Positions 51,938 through 63,280 of a DNA stretch of 64,000 bases are shown here, in pieces. Source of the stretch: Lama guanicoe (taxonomy: Eukaryota); contig MU053594.1 in NCBI GenBank assembly GCA_013239625.1, forward strand, positions 2,732,127 to 2,796,126. Reading direction: 5' to 3'. Position 1 is the first letter of the stretch. Every line of letters starts with the position of its first letter. Position numbers and translations under genes: made by a program. The notes below the pieces were generated by a model. It worked only from the letters and a program-made list of their open reading frames with translations. It ran no database searches and had not been told where the DNA came from.

Positions 51938-52760
51938 TGTCATCAAAAGATAAGAAATAACAAATGCTGGTAAGGATGTGAAGAAAAGGGAACCCTTGTG
52001 CACGGTTGGTGGAAATGTAAACTTGTACGTCCATTATGGAAAACAGTACGGAAGTTCCTCAAAAAGTTAGAGCTACCGTCTGATCCAGCAATTTCACTTC
52101 TGGGTATGTATCAGAAGGAAACAAAATTACTATCCCAGCGAGATATCTGCACCTCCATATTCTTTGCAGTATTATTTACAATGGTCAAGATATGGAAACT
52201 ACCTAAGTGTCCATCAATGGACGAGTGGGTAAAGAAAATGTATATTATATAAAATGGGAGAGTATTCAGCTACTACAAAGAAGGAAATACTGCCATTTGT
52301 GACAACATGGATGGACCTTGAGGGCAATATGCTTAGTGAAATAAATCAGACAGAGAAAGACAAATACCATATGATCTCACTCATATCTGGAATCTTAAAA
52401 ACAAAGCACTGAACTCATACATATAGAGAACATATTAGTGGTTGCCAGAGGCAGGGGTTGGTGGGTGGGCAAAATGAGAAAGTGGTCAAAAGGTATAGAC
52501 TTCTAGTTATAAGATAAGTAAGGTCTGGAATATAAGGCACTATAGTTAGTAATACTGTACTGCAAATTTGAAAGCAGCTAAGAGCGTAGATCTTAAAATT
52601 TTTTCTTATGGGGGGGAAAAAAACTTGTAACTATGTGAGTTGATGGATGTTAATTAGATTGTAGTAATCATTTCACCACATACATACATCAAATCATTAT
52701 GTTGTACACCTTAAATGTGTACAATGTTACAAGCCAATTACATTTCAATAAACATAAAAG
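51938..52760 (+). mobile_element. L1MA9-like 3' end (ORF2 C-terminus plus 3' UTR)
   Basis: ORF track 51998-52252 [35 protein letters not shown]...WKLPKCPSMDEWVKKM; 3' UTR ends ccaattacatttcaataaa. Confidence 0.92.
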
Positions 52761-53569
52761 TGGAGGGAAAAGAAGTGTCCAGCCCTTAAGGATCACTATA
52801 AAACCTGAAGGTATTGTGCCAGTTTGCCTCTTGATAATTGGGCAACTTCCTGCTGTCAACCTATGGACCTGAATTGCCAGCCTTTGCCCTGGGCTGAGCA
52901 GCTCTCCTCTGCTTTCACTGATGACCTTCTCAGACCTTCTTTAAGCAGGAAGACCTCAGGCTGGGCAAGACCTTGAGACTGCTCACCAGTGCACTAGAAG
53001 GGGGGGATCGCAGAGGGTCGAGCAGAGTTCAAAAGCTCTTGTCGTCTGTGAACATGCTATTTGGGAATCTGCCCTTTGAATCTTTACCTTTTGAAACACA
53101 TATGGCTGGTTTGGTAACAGAGTTTCAGGGTCTAAAAGTGGCCTGAAGCACATGCTTGGGCCTCCTGGCCAAAGTCAAAAGCACCTGGTAACTGAAAGCG
53201 CCGGATAGTAATATAAAGCATTCCCTGGCCTAGATTCTGTGTATTTAACTCCTAACTCCCTGGGATATGATCAGAGGTAGGAGTAACTGGGTCGGGGGAG
53301 ATTTAACCAAAATTCATACTCAAATGTCATCACATCACCATTACCAACATTAATACCCTTGGCCTGGCTATGCCCACCAGACTTCTTTCAGCCCACTTTT
53401 CTCTATCTTCTAATCTTAGCCCAGCATTGACCCCTCCCTACCCCCACTCTGGCCTGACCAGCCCCATGGAGACAGAAAAAGCCTGAAATTTGACTGATAG
53501 CGCAAAGGAAATCCCATGGGGAATAAGAAGTGACCTCCACAATTTCACATCAAATGACGACATGCCCTT

Positions 53570-54230
53570 TAATGTTACAAATAAGAATGTTCACATTTGA
53601 GAAGTGTTCCTGTGTGTCAGATGCTGTTCTGGTAAAATAAAGGTTTTGTCCACAAAAATTTTGTATTTTGGGAAGAGATACAGATATTTTGAGGGAAACA
53701 TATTTCTAAAAAGCTAGATAATTGCAGATAATGATAAATGCTATAAAAAATTGTAAAGGGTTATGTGCTATATAATGGTTAATATGTAAGATTGTCCTGG
53801 AGAGTGACCATGGGTAGAGACTTATTTGGACCTGAAAAATGAGTTGGAGCTATCCAGTTAAGAACCAGGCAGACAGCACCCCAGACACAGGAGTAGATAA
53901 TGCAAAGCCCTCAAGCCAGAATCAATTTTTCATGTTCCAGAAAGAGAAAGGACTCCTGTATGGCTGGAAGGGAGCCAGGAAGAGACATGAATCCAGGAAA
54001 GGCAAGGGTCAGATCACATAAGTCTTTGTAGGATTTTATTCTGAAACCAATGAAAAGTCTTTGAAGAACTAAGTGTGACATGATCCATGTCTTATGAAAG
54101 TTCACCTTAGGTGTTGAATGTAGAACAAACTATAAGGAATAAAAGTCAGGAGTCTACTCAGAAACCAGGCAAGGGATTAGAGTGGTTTAGATTAGAAATC
54201 GTGATGGCAGTGGCAGTGGAGTAAAGTGTA
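53570..54230 (-). mobile_element. L2 LINE 3' region
   Basis: catttgagaagtgttcctgtgtgtcagatgctgttctgg...gcaaagccctcaagccagaatcaa...ggattttattctgaaaccaatgaaaagtctttgaag...gtgacatgatcc. Confidence 0.6.
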
Positions 54231-54360
54231 ATTATCCCTGACGTTTTATGGAGAAGGAAACTGATGTTCAGAAAGGTCAGGGAAATTGACAAGGTTGCAC
54301 AGCCCCCAAGCTGCAGGCAGAGCCAGGATTCAAACATTTATCTGTGTGATGCCAAAGAAT
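54230..54360 (-). mobile_element. MIR SINE
   Basis: gttttatggagaaggaaactgatgttcagaaaggtcaggg...gcagagccaggattcaaac. Confidence 0.65.
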
Positions 54361-55589
54361 ATTTTCCATCCTCTGTACTTCTTTGAGTCTCCGTTTTCTC
54401 ATCTGTAAAATAATAGTTTGGATTAGATTATCTATGAGATGTCTTCCAGTTCTAAAATGCCAAGACTTTCCAGCTAACTCATCAGAACTTGAGCAAATTC
54501 CCTCTATTTAGACATGGCTGATGTTCCTTGGATGCATTCTCACTGTATGTGCCCCTCAGGTTGGTTTTTGTCTTAAAACGTGGTGAGGAAACATGCACAA
54601 GTGTAGAGAACACACACGTGGTCCTCAGTTTTCAGGAACTTTCAAGATACGGGTGAGAAAGAGACCATGGTTAGCCTCAGGATTAGCTGGGAATCTTGGA
54701 TTGTCTGCAGAAAGCAGTCCAGTCCAGACAGTGAGAAATCATGATGTGGGCAGGTGAGAAGGAGCAGCTGAAGGGGAATAAATAGTGATCAGTTAATCAC
54801 TGGGAATAAATGAACAGACAGAAATATTCAGACAAATGCATCACCTGTAAAATGAGAGTCTTTTGAAAATCCAGCTATGGCTTTTTGCTTTTTATTAACA
54901 CACTTTCATTTGAATTTTGTATACAGTGTAAACTACTTTTGTAGTATACATTTTTGAAACAAAATAAAGAGAAAACAGCCAATTTAAAACAGATATCTTA
55001 AAGTGAGCACTTCAGTAGTGTGGCAGTATACACACCAGATATCCTGGGAGAGGCACAGTTTCAAATATTTTGGTGGTGGAACAGAAAGAGGAAGCTTGAT
55101 ATTGATAAGTCACTTAATTCAGTGGCTACCAGCTCAGGTTCTGGAGCCAGACTGCCTCCTTTGAAATCCTGGCTCCACTACTTATTGGCTGTGAGATCTT
55201 GGGCAAATTACATAATCCACCAGGCCTCTGAGTTTTCACCCCTAAAGCAGATTCAGTAATCATCCCACAGTACAGAGGAGCATGAAAACTATAAAAACTA
55301 AAGATGAATTTACTTCATTGTAAATGTAACCTACCTTCAGATTGTGTACCCAGTTTCAGTTTTAGAAAGCATGTTTCCTCTAGCATGGGAACTCATTATT
55401 AGGCTTTCTATTCTTTTGAGAATTTTCTGTTACATTTCAGCTATTCTAGGGGAAATAGGTAAAATGTGATGTATAAATAGGGGAAGAAAAATCATTTCAA
55501 ATCCATCAATGTTTGAAGGTAGAAAAAATGTACTGGGTGAGTAAATTTAATTGTATAAAAAAGATGTCTATCTTGAATTAAAATAACAA

Positions 55590-55735
55590 TTTTAAGTATG
55601 TATGGGGATAGATGTTAACTAGACTTACTGTGGTGATCATTTTGCAATATATAAAAGTAGCAAGTCACCATGCTGTACACGTGAAAGTAATATAATGTTT
55701 ATAAAGTTACACATCAATTACACCTCAATAAAAAT
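55590..55735 (+). mobile_element. L1 (L1MA9-like) extreme 3' end
   Basis: gatgttaactagacttactgtggtgatcattttgcaatatata...tgctgtacacgtgaaagtaatataatg...aattacacctcaataaaaa. Confidence 0.8.
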
Positions 55736-57009
55736 TTAAATTTGCTCTAGAATTAGACTCCTTTAAATTAAACCTTAATGCCTCTTAAAGGACTTTACGT
55801 TTCATCTCTGTGTTTTAGCACTCTGTAGCTCTGGCATGTTATATAAGCGGGATCTCTAATTAAAACGTGATGATTAGTGATGATAAACAGAGGAAGAGCA
55901 GAGGCACATCCTATGGCATTTCCTCCTAATAAAGTTCTTCCACACGAGCCCAAGCTCTTTGAAGTTCGTTTTTCTCTTTGTTGCAGGCAAAAGAGGGGAA
56001 AGAGGGCCAACCGCAGAAAGCCTGTGTCCTCCTATGTCAAGGACAGAGTTTGGTCAGCATTTTGGTTGCCTAAAATCCTTTCCTTTGATTAGGGGTTTAA
56101 TATGGCTGAATAATTATCCAGCTTTATCAAGGTGGCTTCTTGGAGTCTTCTTGCTCCAGGCCCCTCCAGAGCCCTCCAGAGCCTTCTGCTACGAGGTTAG
56201 ACCTTGGTATGGAGCCTTGGAGACTAGAATGGGGTCTTCTAATTGAAGCTAAATGAAAGGAAGGCTTGGAGGTCGAGGAAGAACCATGGCTCTAGAGATA
56301 AGATCCTGCATAATATTTAAGAGTGAATGACTAAATGAGATAGAAGGTAGCCAACTCTTTCAAGGATCAGGTGGTGATTCTTTCCAATCTGCCCACGGCT
56401 TTTAGCTAAGTCATATTCCATGAATTTCACTATGCAGAATCATATATGTACTAGAGAATTTCCTGTTCTCTCTGAGTATTGTTTCCTGGGTGAATGAAGT
56501 GTTCCTTAGTTGATGTCAGCATAACCAATCCTGACAGAGTTCATTGATAGTGGAGAATATGATGCTGCCAGTGAAACTAAGTCAAAGGTCTGGAAGTATT
56601 GTCCACCCTGACTCACTCTGATGCATCAGGGCTGAAATGATTATCTCCAGGGAAAGTCCCAAAAGAGGAAAAGAGCCTCCAGAAACTCTGAATGAAAATG
56701 GAAAGTCAGGACCCTCACTGTCTGTTTCTAGCCCTTTCAGTAGCGTCTTCCTTGTATTACCATTTTTGCTCCCTATGTTCTGCTCTTATTTTGTTATAGC
56801 AGGTCTTTGGAGACACTTAATTTCCTTCCATGGGCAAGGGAAAGACACTCTGGAAAAATCAGAGATTGCTCCTTCTTCCTTTTCCAGAATAAGCCACAGG
56901 GAAAACGAAGCTGCCAGACCTCACATGGTTTGCACTTGTCCATCCAGGTTCTGGATGTCCAGGGGTTCGAGCTTTGGTGCCCACGTGCAGTCCCCCTAAA
57001 AGCAGAGCT

Positions 57010-57235
57010 CCACATAATGCGTTAGTCTGGATTCAGGAGGTGACACATGTATGGACTTGACCCAACTACTTGGCAGCTGTGTGACCTTGGGTCGATTCGT
57101 TAACCCTGTTAAGCTTCGGTGTCCTCATCTACAAAAGGAGGCATAATAGTACTTACTTTACAGTGCTGTTGTGACAAATAAAATAATGCATTTGGAGGAA
57201 TCAGCCTAGTGATGGTAATAGCAATTTTTATTATG
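57010..57235 (+). mobile_element. MIR SINE
   Basis: ctacttggcagctgtgtgaccttggg...gcttcggtgtcctcatctacaaaaggaggcataatagtactta. Confidence 0.75.
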
Positions 57236-57519
57236 TTCTTATATTCCAACAGTAACAACCACACCAAACCGCTGTCCCTCTTGTCTGCTCTGCTCCAGCG
57301 ACAAAGCCTTCTTTTCTATCCCCCAACAAGGCGGCCATCATGTCTCAGACTATTTACTCTGACACCCCACTGAAAGGACAAAGGAGCATCAGAATGCCAT
57401 GTGCATGTGTGATGCCATCTGAGTTGTCACACAGAGGTCCTACATCCTCTGGGAAAGGTCAAGTGGAGAATTTTTTTGGTGTGACCAGTGAGTCCTGCAG
57501 GAATCAGGAAACCATGGAG

Positions 57520-57895
57520 CTGGTCCCTGTTCTGTCACTGACTTCTGCCTGGAACGTCTCCTCCTGCCCAGGTCTCCATATGGCTGGATCCTCCTCCACC
57601 TTCCATCTCTACTGAAGTGTCACCTCTGCAGAGAAGCGTTTCCTGACCACCCCAGCTAAGTGCTACTCTGGCCCAATATCTTCTATGTTACTTCCCTGCA
57701 TGGCATGCCTCATAGCAGTAGTCAGTCTCTGGAAGGATATTGTTTATCTCCATATGTATTCATTGTTTGTCTCTCCCCTCAATACTGTAAACCCCAGGAA
57801 GACAGGCCCTTATCTGTCTCACACATGCTGTCTCCTCAGTGCCTGGCACAGAGTGCATAGTCCGTGCCAGACTTTTTGCTGAATAAATAAATGAA
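57520..57895 (+). mobile_element. L2 LINE 3' end
   Basis: tctgcctggaacgtctc...tgtcacctctgcagagaagcgtttcctgaccacc...cagtgcctggcacagagt...ttttgctgaataaataaatgaa. Confidence 0.75.
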
Positions 57896-58779
57896 CTCAC
57901 AATTCTGGTACATCCCATGGAGCTCAAAGCATCCTCTGGGGCCATGCATGGCCTTTGGGACCAGATCTGAGGCATATCCACATGTGCAACAACAACTAAA
58001 CTTCCCTGACTCCAACCCCCCGCCCTCGCCATTCAAAGACCTCAGAGGGTCTCTTCTGGTCTCGGTCACCGTGCGTGCGCAATAAGTTACCAAGCCAAAT
58101 ATGCGCCTCCCTCCCATTCCACAAGACCTGGTATTTATCATGTGGAAAAGGACTTGCAGTTATGCATGGGGGATGTCCCTAGACTTCAGATGTTCTCTCA
58201 GGGAGCTGAGTAAAGGTGCTGAATGATTCTGAGTGAGGGAAAAAATGTCCCTCGGCCAGCAGTGCTATGCATGTCTAAATTCCCAAACTCCAGCCAAGAG
58301 AAGGCCCCAGAAAAAGCTCATGAGTGAGTTGCCCATAGACCCCTCACCCAGACTTCTGGAAAATGCATGAATGGGAATTAACCAAGGCAACCTATGGAAT
58401 ACTGAGAGGAGGATCCCACAGCAGGGCTCAGAGCCAGCCAGGGGCCTCAGTGCGAGGCAGACTTTTGCCCTGTGGCCATACCGTGAGGGAGGGTCTCCTC
58501 ATGAATTCCGAGCTTCCCAGTATTTTGAGACTTGTTGGTATTAAATATATCCTGTTAGTTGCTATACTTTCATAACGCTTATCTCATAGCCGCAAAATAC
58601 TCGCTGCTTAATTTCAGAGGGAAAAATCATGACCACAGGTTTGCCCCTGGAATAATGCAATGATGAAATGTTCTATGTGAAAAAGATAGAATATTTAGAA
58701 ATGGGTAAATGGAGCCTGAGTTCTGGTGAAGGACTACAAAATTAGAAAAAGTGGAACCCTGAAGTGAGTCCCTGTTCTG

Positions 58780-59050
58780 TTACAAAGCTGTATCGTTTAT
58801 TCAGTATGTTTTCCCTGATGAGATTACAAACCGGACTTGTTCTAGATGCTGGGAATGCCAGGATGTTTGTAAGGAGCTGGGCTGATAGCCTTGTTGGGGA
58901 GATAGACAAGGAAACAAATGAGGGTGTCACGTGACTAGCGTCATTAAAGGGTGTGGAACACAGCAGGGAGGCAGCTAACCCAATCCGTCAGGGACGATTT
59001 CACAGAGGAGGTGTTGGAGAAACGACAATATGTCATCTGGTGAAGGCAGC
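58780..59050 (-). mobile_element. L2 LINE 3' fragment
   Basis: tttattcagtatgttt...cttgttctagatgctgggaatgc...tcagggacgatttcacagaggaggtgttgg. Confidence 0.5.
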
Positions 59051-59349
59051 AAACTTGTGAACCTGTTTTTCTTGCCAAATGAAGCACGCGGTACGAGCAC
59101 AGTAAATTATCGGTGGGGATGTGTGCCAGCCACTCCTGCTTCAGTCTCTGCACGCGTCCCCCTCTTTCCTCAGGCTCCAAATGCCCCCACCCCCGCCCAC
59201 TCAGCCCTACTCCCCTTGGCTCTCCACCGAGATGTCACTTTCTGAGAGGAAGCCCTCTCTGACTCCCGCATGACAAATACTCACTTCTGTGTATTTCCAT
59301 AACGTTGGCTTCTCTCCATCAGACTCACCCTTACATGCTCCCTATGCAT

Positions 59350-59525
59350 CCAGGGGGCTTTACATGTATTAACTCATTCATCTTCTTCACCAGCTTGTGA
59401 ATCACTATTGTTATACTCAAGTCACAGGTGAGGAGACTGGTCCAAAGAAGTTAAGTAACTCACATCAAGAAATGAAAATGCCAGGATACAAAGCCAGGAG
59501 TACAGCTGAAGGAGCTGCTTTCTTA
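59350..59525 (-). mobile_element. MIR SINE
   Basis: ctttacatgtattaactcattcatcttcttcac...acaggtgaggagactggtccaaagaagttaagtaactc. Confidence 0.65.
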
Positions 59526-60899
59526 CTATCCACGCTGCACCTCCTTTTAAGGTAGTTAAATCTCCCTGTCAACCGGTTCGGTCTGTCTCCTGCTGCAGTC
59601 TACAAGTTCCTCCAAGGTGGAGACCATGTCTTACAGTTCCACCCCCAGTGCCGGGACCAGGGTCTGGTGTGTAGTGAGTGTCCGATGATGCTTATTGAAT
59701 TTTTTTAAAGAATGTTGGAATTCCACACAGTCTCCACTGCACACAAAGGAGCCACTCCCCCTGCCAGTGTTTTAATGGGTGCTATGAGGGTGCCTTCCCC
59801 CAAGTAATGGGTCTGCTATTAAACAGATTTCTTGAGACTTGGGACCAAACACAAATGAAAGGCATTGCGACCCCTGGCATACAAAACCTGGAGAAATGTG
59901 TGGAAGCTTTTTGCTGTAGATGGCTCTTTGTGAAATCCTTCCAAGTATGACTCGGCTCCAGAAGGTTTCTCTTTCATGAAAGTTCTTTTCCCAAGACAGT
60001 TCTGTAATTCCAAGTGTTATCCACTCACCCCTACCCTGGAACGGGGTCCTGTGTTTGTCTTTCGTTTGTGCTTGTAGTATAATTCAGGCACAGAAGTCAA
60101 TCTGATCTAACACTTGCTACGTATTTTCAGCTGCCGTCTGCTCAACAGTGCCCAGCAGTAACGGTGCGGTGTTCCACTGCACTCCAGCTGCCACTCACCT
60201 TCTCTCTGCTGCGTGTCACACAACATTTTGCTTAACTGCCTTCTCTTTGCTGCTTGATCTATTAATTCCTGGCCTCACCAGCAGTTCAGATTATACACCC
60301 TCAACTGGATCCAGTCATGCACAGCATCTTCATGAGAACCTTGTGGGAATTAGGCTAGGTAGGCAAGATGTCTCTTGACTCTTGATTTTTCTGACATGTC
60401 AGAGAAGATTGTATTTCAAGGGTACTCAGAAAATCCTGGTCAGAACATACGGCGAAGGTAACAGCAGTAGTAATAAAGGAATCCTTTAGTATTACACGAA
60501 GCAGTTTTGTCCAGGGGTTTGAGAGAGATTTTGCTTTTTTCTAAAATCAGCTAAGACTCATTGACCATTACTTATATACGTCAAAATTTAAAACAGATCA
60601 ATGTGAAAAGTGAAATGAGAAGAACTTTAAAGGATACTGTCGTAAAAATTACAATCAATAGGCACCTATGATCTAATATGGAAAGTCAATGGTGTTACTT
60701 GAGTGGTTCTGATTAGTTAGATGTCCTTAACTGAACTTTATCATATGGATTATTAATAATCAATTAAAACCAAATCGATTATCTTAGCCCCAAACCAGGC
60801 ATCACTTATTGTTTGAGGTTTAAAAGTTAATTAATTAATGTTATTTAATCAATCTTTAATACAGTAGGTGCTCCAGTGAGTTTAAAGAGAGCATCATTT

Positions 60900-61281
60900 C
60901 TCACTGGGTGGGCTTGGACACAGGCAGGACAGAACAACTGCCTACATCTGTTCTTATTTGGCCCGACTTTGCTCATTTAAGTTGAGCTGACCTACCAGTA
61001 CCACACAGCAACCACCAAATAAAATGAGTCCTGGGTGCCCCGCTCCCAACTTGCTTCAAGCTCCCAGCCTTCCCAGACCTTCGCTTTGCCCCTGAACCCT
61101 TGCTCTGTTCTAACCTTTCAGATAAGATGCTTGAGATGGTGTTTCTGGCTGTCAGTCTTCATATTGACTGCGTGACCACTCCTGAGTGACCACTGTACAT
61201 AAAGCCAGTCTTGATCTCTGGGACTTCACCTGGTCTAGTCTCCTACAAGGGGAGAAGACTTAACTGACCCCACTCCCAACA
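60900..61281 (+). mobile_element. Possible old ERVL-type solo LTR
   Basis: ccaaataaaatgagtcc; ataagatgcttgagatggtg; taaagccagtcttgatctctggg...actcccaaca end; family not assignable by eye. Confidence 0.35.
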
Positions 61282-61427
61282 CCCCCTAGAAGTTGTAATT
61301 TTTGTTCAGTGTGTTTAAATAAAAAATGATACTGTGATTATGAAGTCAGAAGACAGGGATTTTGAAGAGAAGGAAAGGAAGAGGGTAAAGGCTTCTGTTC
61401 ATGAATCAATCGACACAGAGAAGCCTT

Positions 61428-61590
61428 TTGTTTTTAATTAAAAAAATTTTGTCCAACTATTTTATTTTTATTTATTTATTGGGGGGGGTAATTAGGTTTA
61501 TTTTTTTACTTTTTTAATAGGGGCACTGGGGATTGAATCCAGGACCTCTTGCTTGCTAAGTACACACAACCACTAAGCTATACCCTCCCC
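61428..61590 (-). mobile_element. Camelid tRNA-derived SINE (Vic-1 type), copy 1
   Basis: minus strand GGGGAGGGTATAGCTTAGTGG (A box)...GGTCCTGGATTCAATCCCCAG (B box, one change)...AAACCTAATTACCCCCC A-rich tail; 11-bp TSD agagaagcctt (61417-61427) / agagaagtctt (61595-61605). Confidence 0.9.
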
Positions 61591-62455
61591 ACCAAGAGAA
61601 GTCTTAATAGAAGAGGCTTGGGCTGATGCAGAAAATTGGTTACACAGTGTTGCTATTCAGCCAAAAAAAAAAAAAGCAGAGGTTTTCTAAAGATAAATTA
61701 TTGTAGGGGGAAATAAAATTAACTCCCTTAGGCATTATCTTTGGTTTGTGAGAGGAAGACTGAGGAGGCGTAAATGATGGACAGTTTTCTATCTTTCCAT
61801 AGGAAATAAGAACTAGTGCACAGAAACAGTGATTCCAAGTCACAAAACTCCTTCATAAAGACGTTCACAAGGAATGTGTTTGGGAATTTTTTTTCCCACA
61901 CAAATGATGAATTGCCAAGTCCACCTGGCTCCAGCTCTTCTGAGGCACTATTTTAATATTTTATTTTTATTTATTTATTGGGGGGGTAATTAGGTTTATT
62001 TTTTTACTTTTTTAATAGGGGCACTGGGGATTGAATCCAGGACCTCTTGCATGCTAAGTACACACAACCACTAAGCTATACCCTCCCCACCAAGAGAAGT
62101 CTTAATAGAAGAGGCTTGGGCTGATGCAGAAAATTGGTTACACAGTGTTGCTATTCAGCCAAAAAAAAAAAAAAGCAGAGGTTTTCTAAAGATAAATTAT
62201 TGTAGGGGGAAATAAAATTAACTCCCTTAGGCATTATCTTTGGTTTGTGAGAGGAAGACTGAGGAGGCGTAAATGATGGACAGTTTTCTATCTTTCCATA
62301 GGAAATAAGAACTAGTGCACAGAAACAGTGATTCCAAGTCACAAAACTCCTTCATAAAGACGTTCACAAGGAATGTGTTTGGGAATTTTTTTTCCCACAC
62401 AAATGATGAATTGCCAAGTCCACCTGGCTCCAGCTCTTCTGAGGCACTATTTTAA
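61458..62455. repeat. Direct tandem duplication, 2 x 499 bp (61458-61956, 61957-62455)
   Basis: copies differ by one substitution (T61553 vs A62051), G8 vs G7 and A13 vs A14; near-identical ORF predictions at 61640-61843 and 62151-62342. Confidence 0.97.
61957..62088 (-). mobile_element. Vic-1-type SINE, copy 2 (product of the tandem duplication)
   Basis: same sequence as copy 1 but lacks the upstream TSD and the distal tail. Confidence 0.9.
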
Positions 62456-62953
62456 CACTTCCTGCCCTTGAATATCACTTCCCTGAGTTTTCTGCAGCTT
62501 TCTTCCATGGATTCCTTAAGGACAGTTTCTTTTTGGCCCCTCACCCCAGGCATTCCTCAGCAGTTCCAGCTCTTTTCAGCAGGGCCATTTAGGTCTGAAG
62601 CCTATTTTTTTTTACAACTAAACATATCCAAAGCATGGCTTGTAAAGCCACCTTTATTGAATGACAGGACTGTCATTTCTCCAAACACCTCTGGCGGTGG
62701 GGTTTGATATATTCTCTATTCCCCACAGCCTTTGTACGATTTTGCTATTCTTCCACTCTGAGAGAAGAGGAGTTGATTTCTTTCTCTTGTTTGTCCAAAA
62801 GACTGAGAGAAGCAGTAATGGTCTTAAGTTTCTGGAGCCCTTAGGATGTCACACTGTCACTTTTCATGGTCCAAATTGTTCTCAACACACCTAGCCTCAG
62901 CAATCAACATATAGAGGATTTTTCTACAGGATTTTTGCAAACATTGTTTACCC

Positions 62954-63280
62954 TGTGTATACGTTTCCAACAGCTACAAACAAACTACCATAAACCTGGT
63001 GGCTCAAAACAATGGAAATTTATGATCTCAAGTTCTGAAGACCAGAAGATCAAAATCAAGGTGTGAGCAGGACCTCAGTCCCTCTGGAGGCTTGGGGGGA
63101 AGTTCTTCCTCACCTCTTCCAGCTTCAGGTGGCTATTGGCATCTTTGGCTATAGGTCTCCTCCTCTTTATGTGCTGTTCTCCTCTTCTGTCTCTTATGAG
63201 GACACTTGTCACTGGATTTAGAGCCCACTCAGGTAATCCAGGATGATCTCATCTTGAGATCCTTAACACAATTACATCCA
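62954..63280 (-). mobile_element. MLT1C-like MaLR LTR, interrupted by L1
   Basis: aaactaccataaacctggtggctcaaaacaatggaaatttat...aatcaaggtgtgagcagg...aggacacttgtcactggatttagagccc...atccaggatgatctcatcttgagatccttaac. Confidence 0.85.

Noticed and set aside
51400..53060. Possible ancient LTR pieces flanking the L1MA9
   Set aside because: Too diverged to assign by eye; needs a Dfam HMM search
55970..56060. Pyrimidine tract plus CAG acceptor followed by open frame
   Set aside because: Weak donor, unrecognisable peptide; such sites are common by chance
60198..60340. Possible minus-strand exon ending in a strong AAG|GTGAGT donor
   Set aside because: Acceptor is weak (AAG), no recognisable peptide, no partner exons; cannot be supported without RNA data
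60390..60403. 14-bp palindrome tctgacatgtcaga
   Set aside because: A few 7-bp-arm palindromes are expected by chance in 64 kb
61500..61590. tRNA-like A/B boxes suggesting a tRNA gene
   Set aside because: A-rich tail, TSD and altered B box identify it as a SINE
61640..62342. Two near-identical 63-67 aa ORFs suggesting a duplicated small gene
   Set aside because: By-product of the 499-bp duplication; non-ATG start, ends in a poly-T tract, no homology recognised
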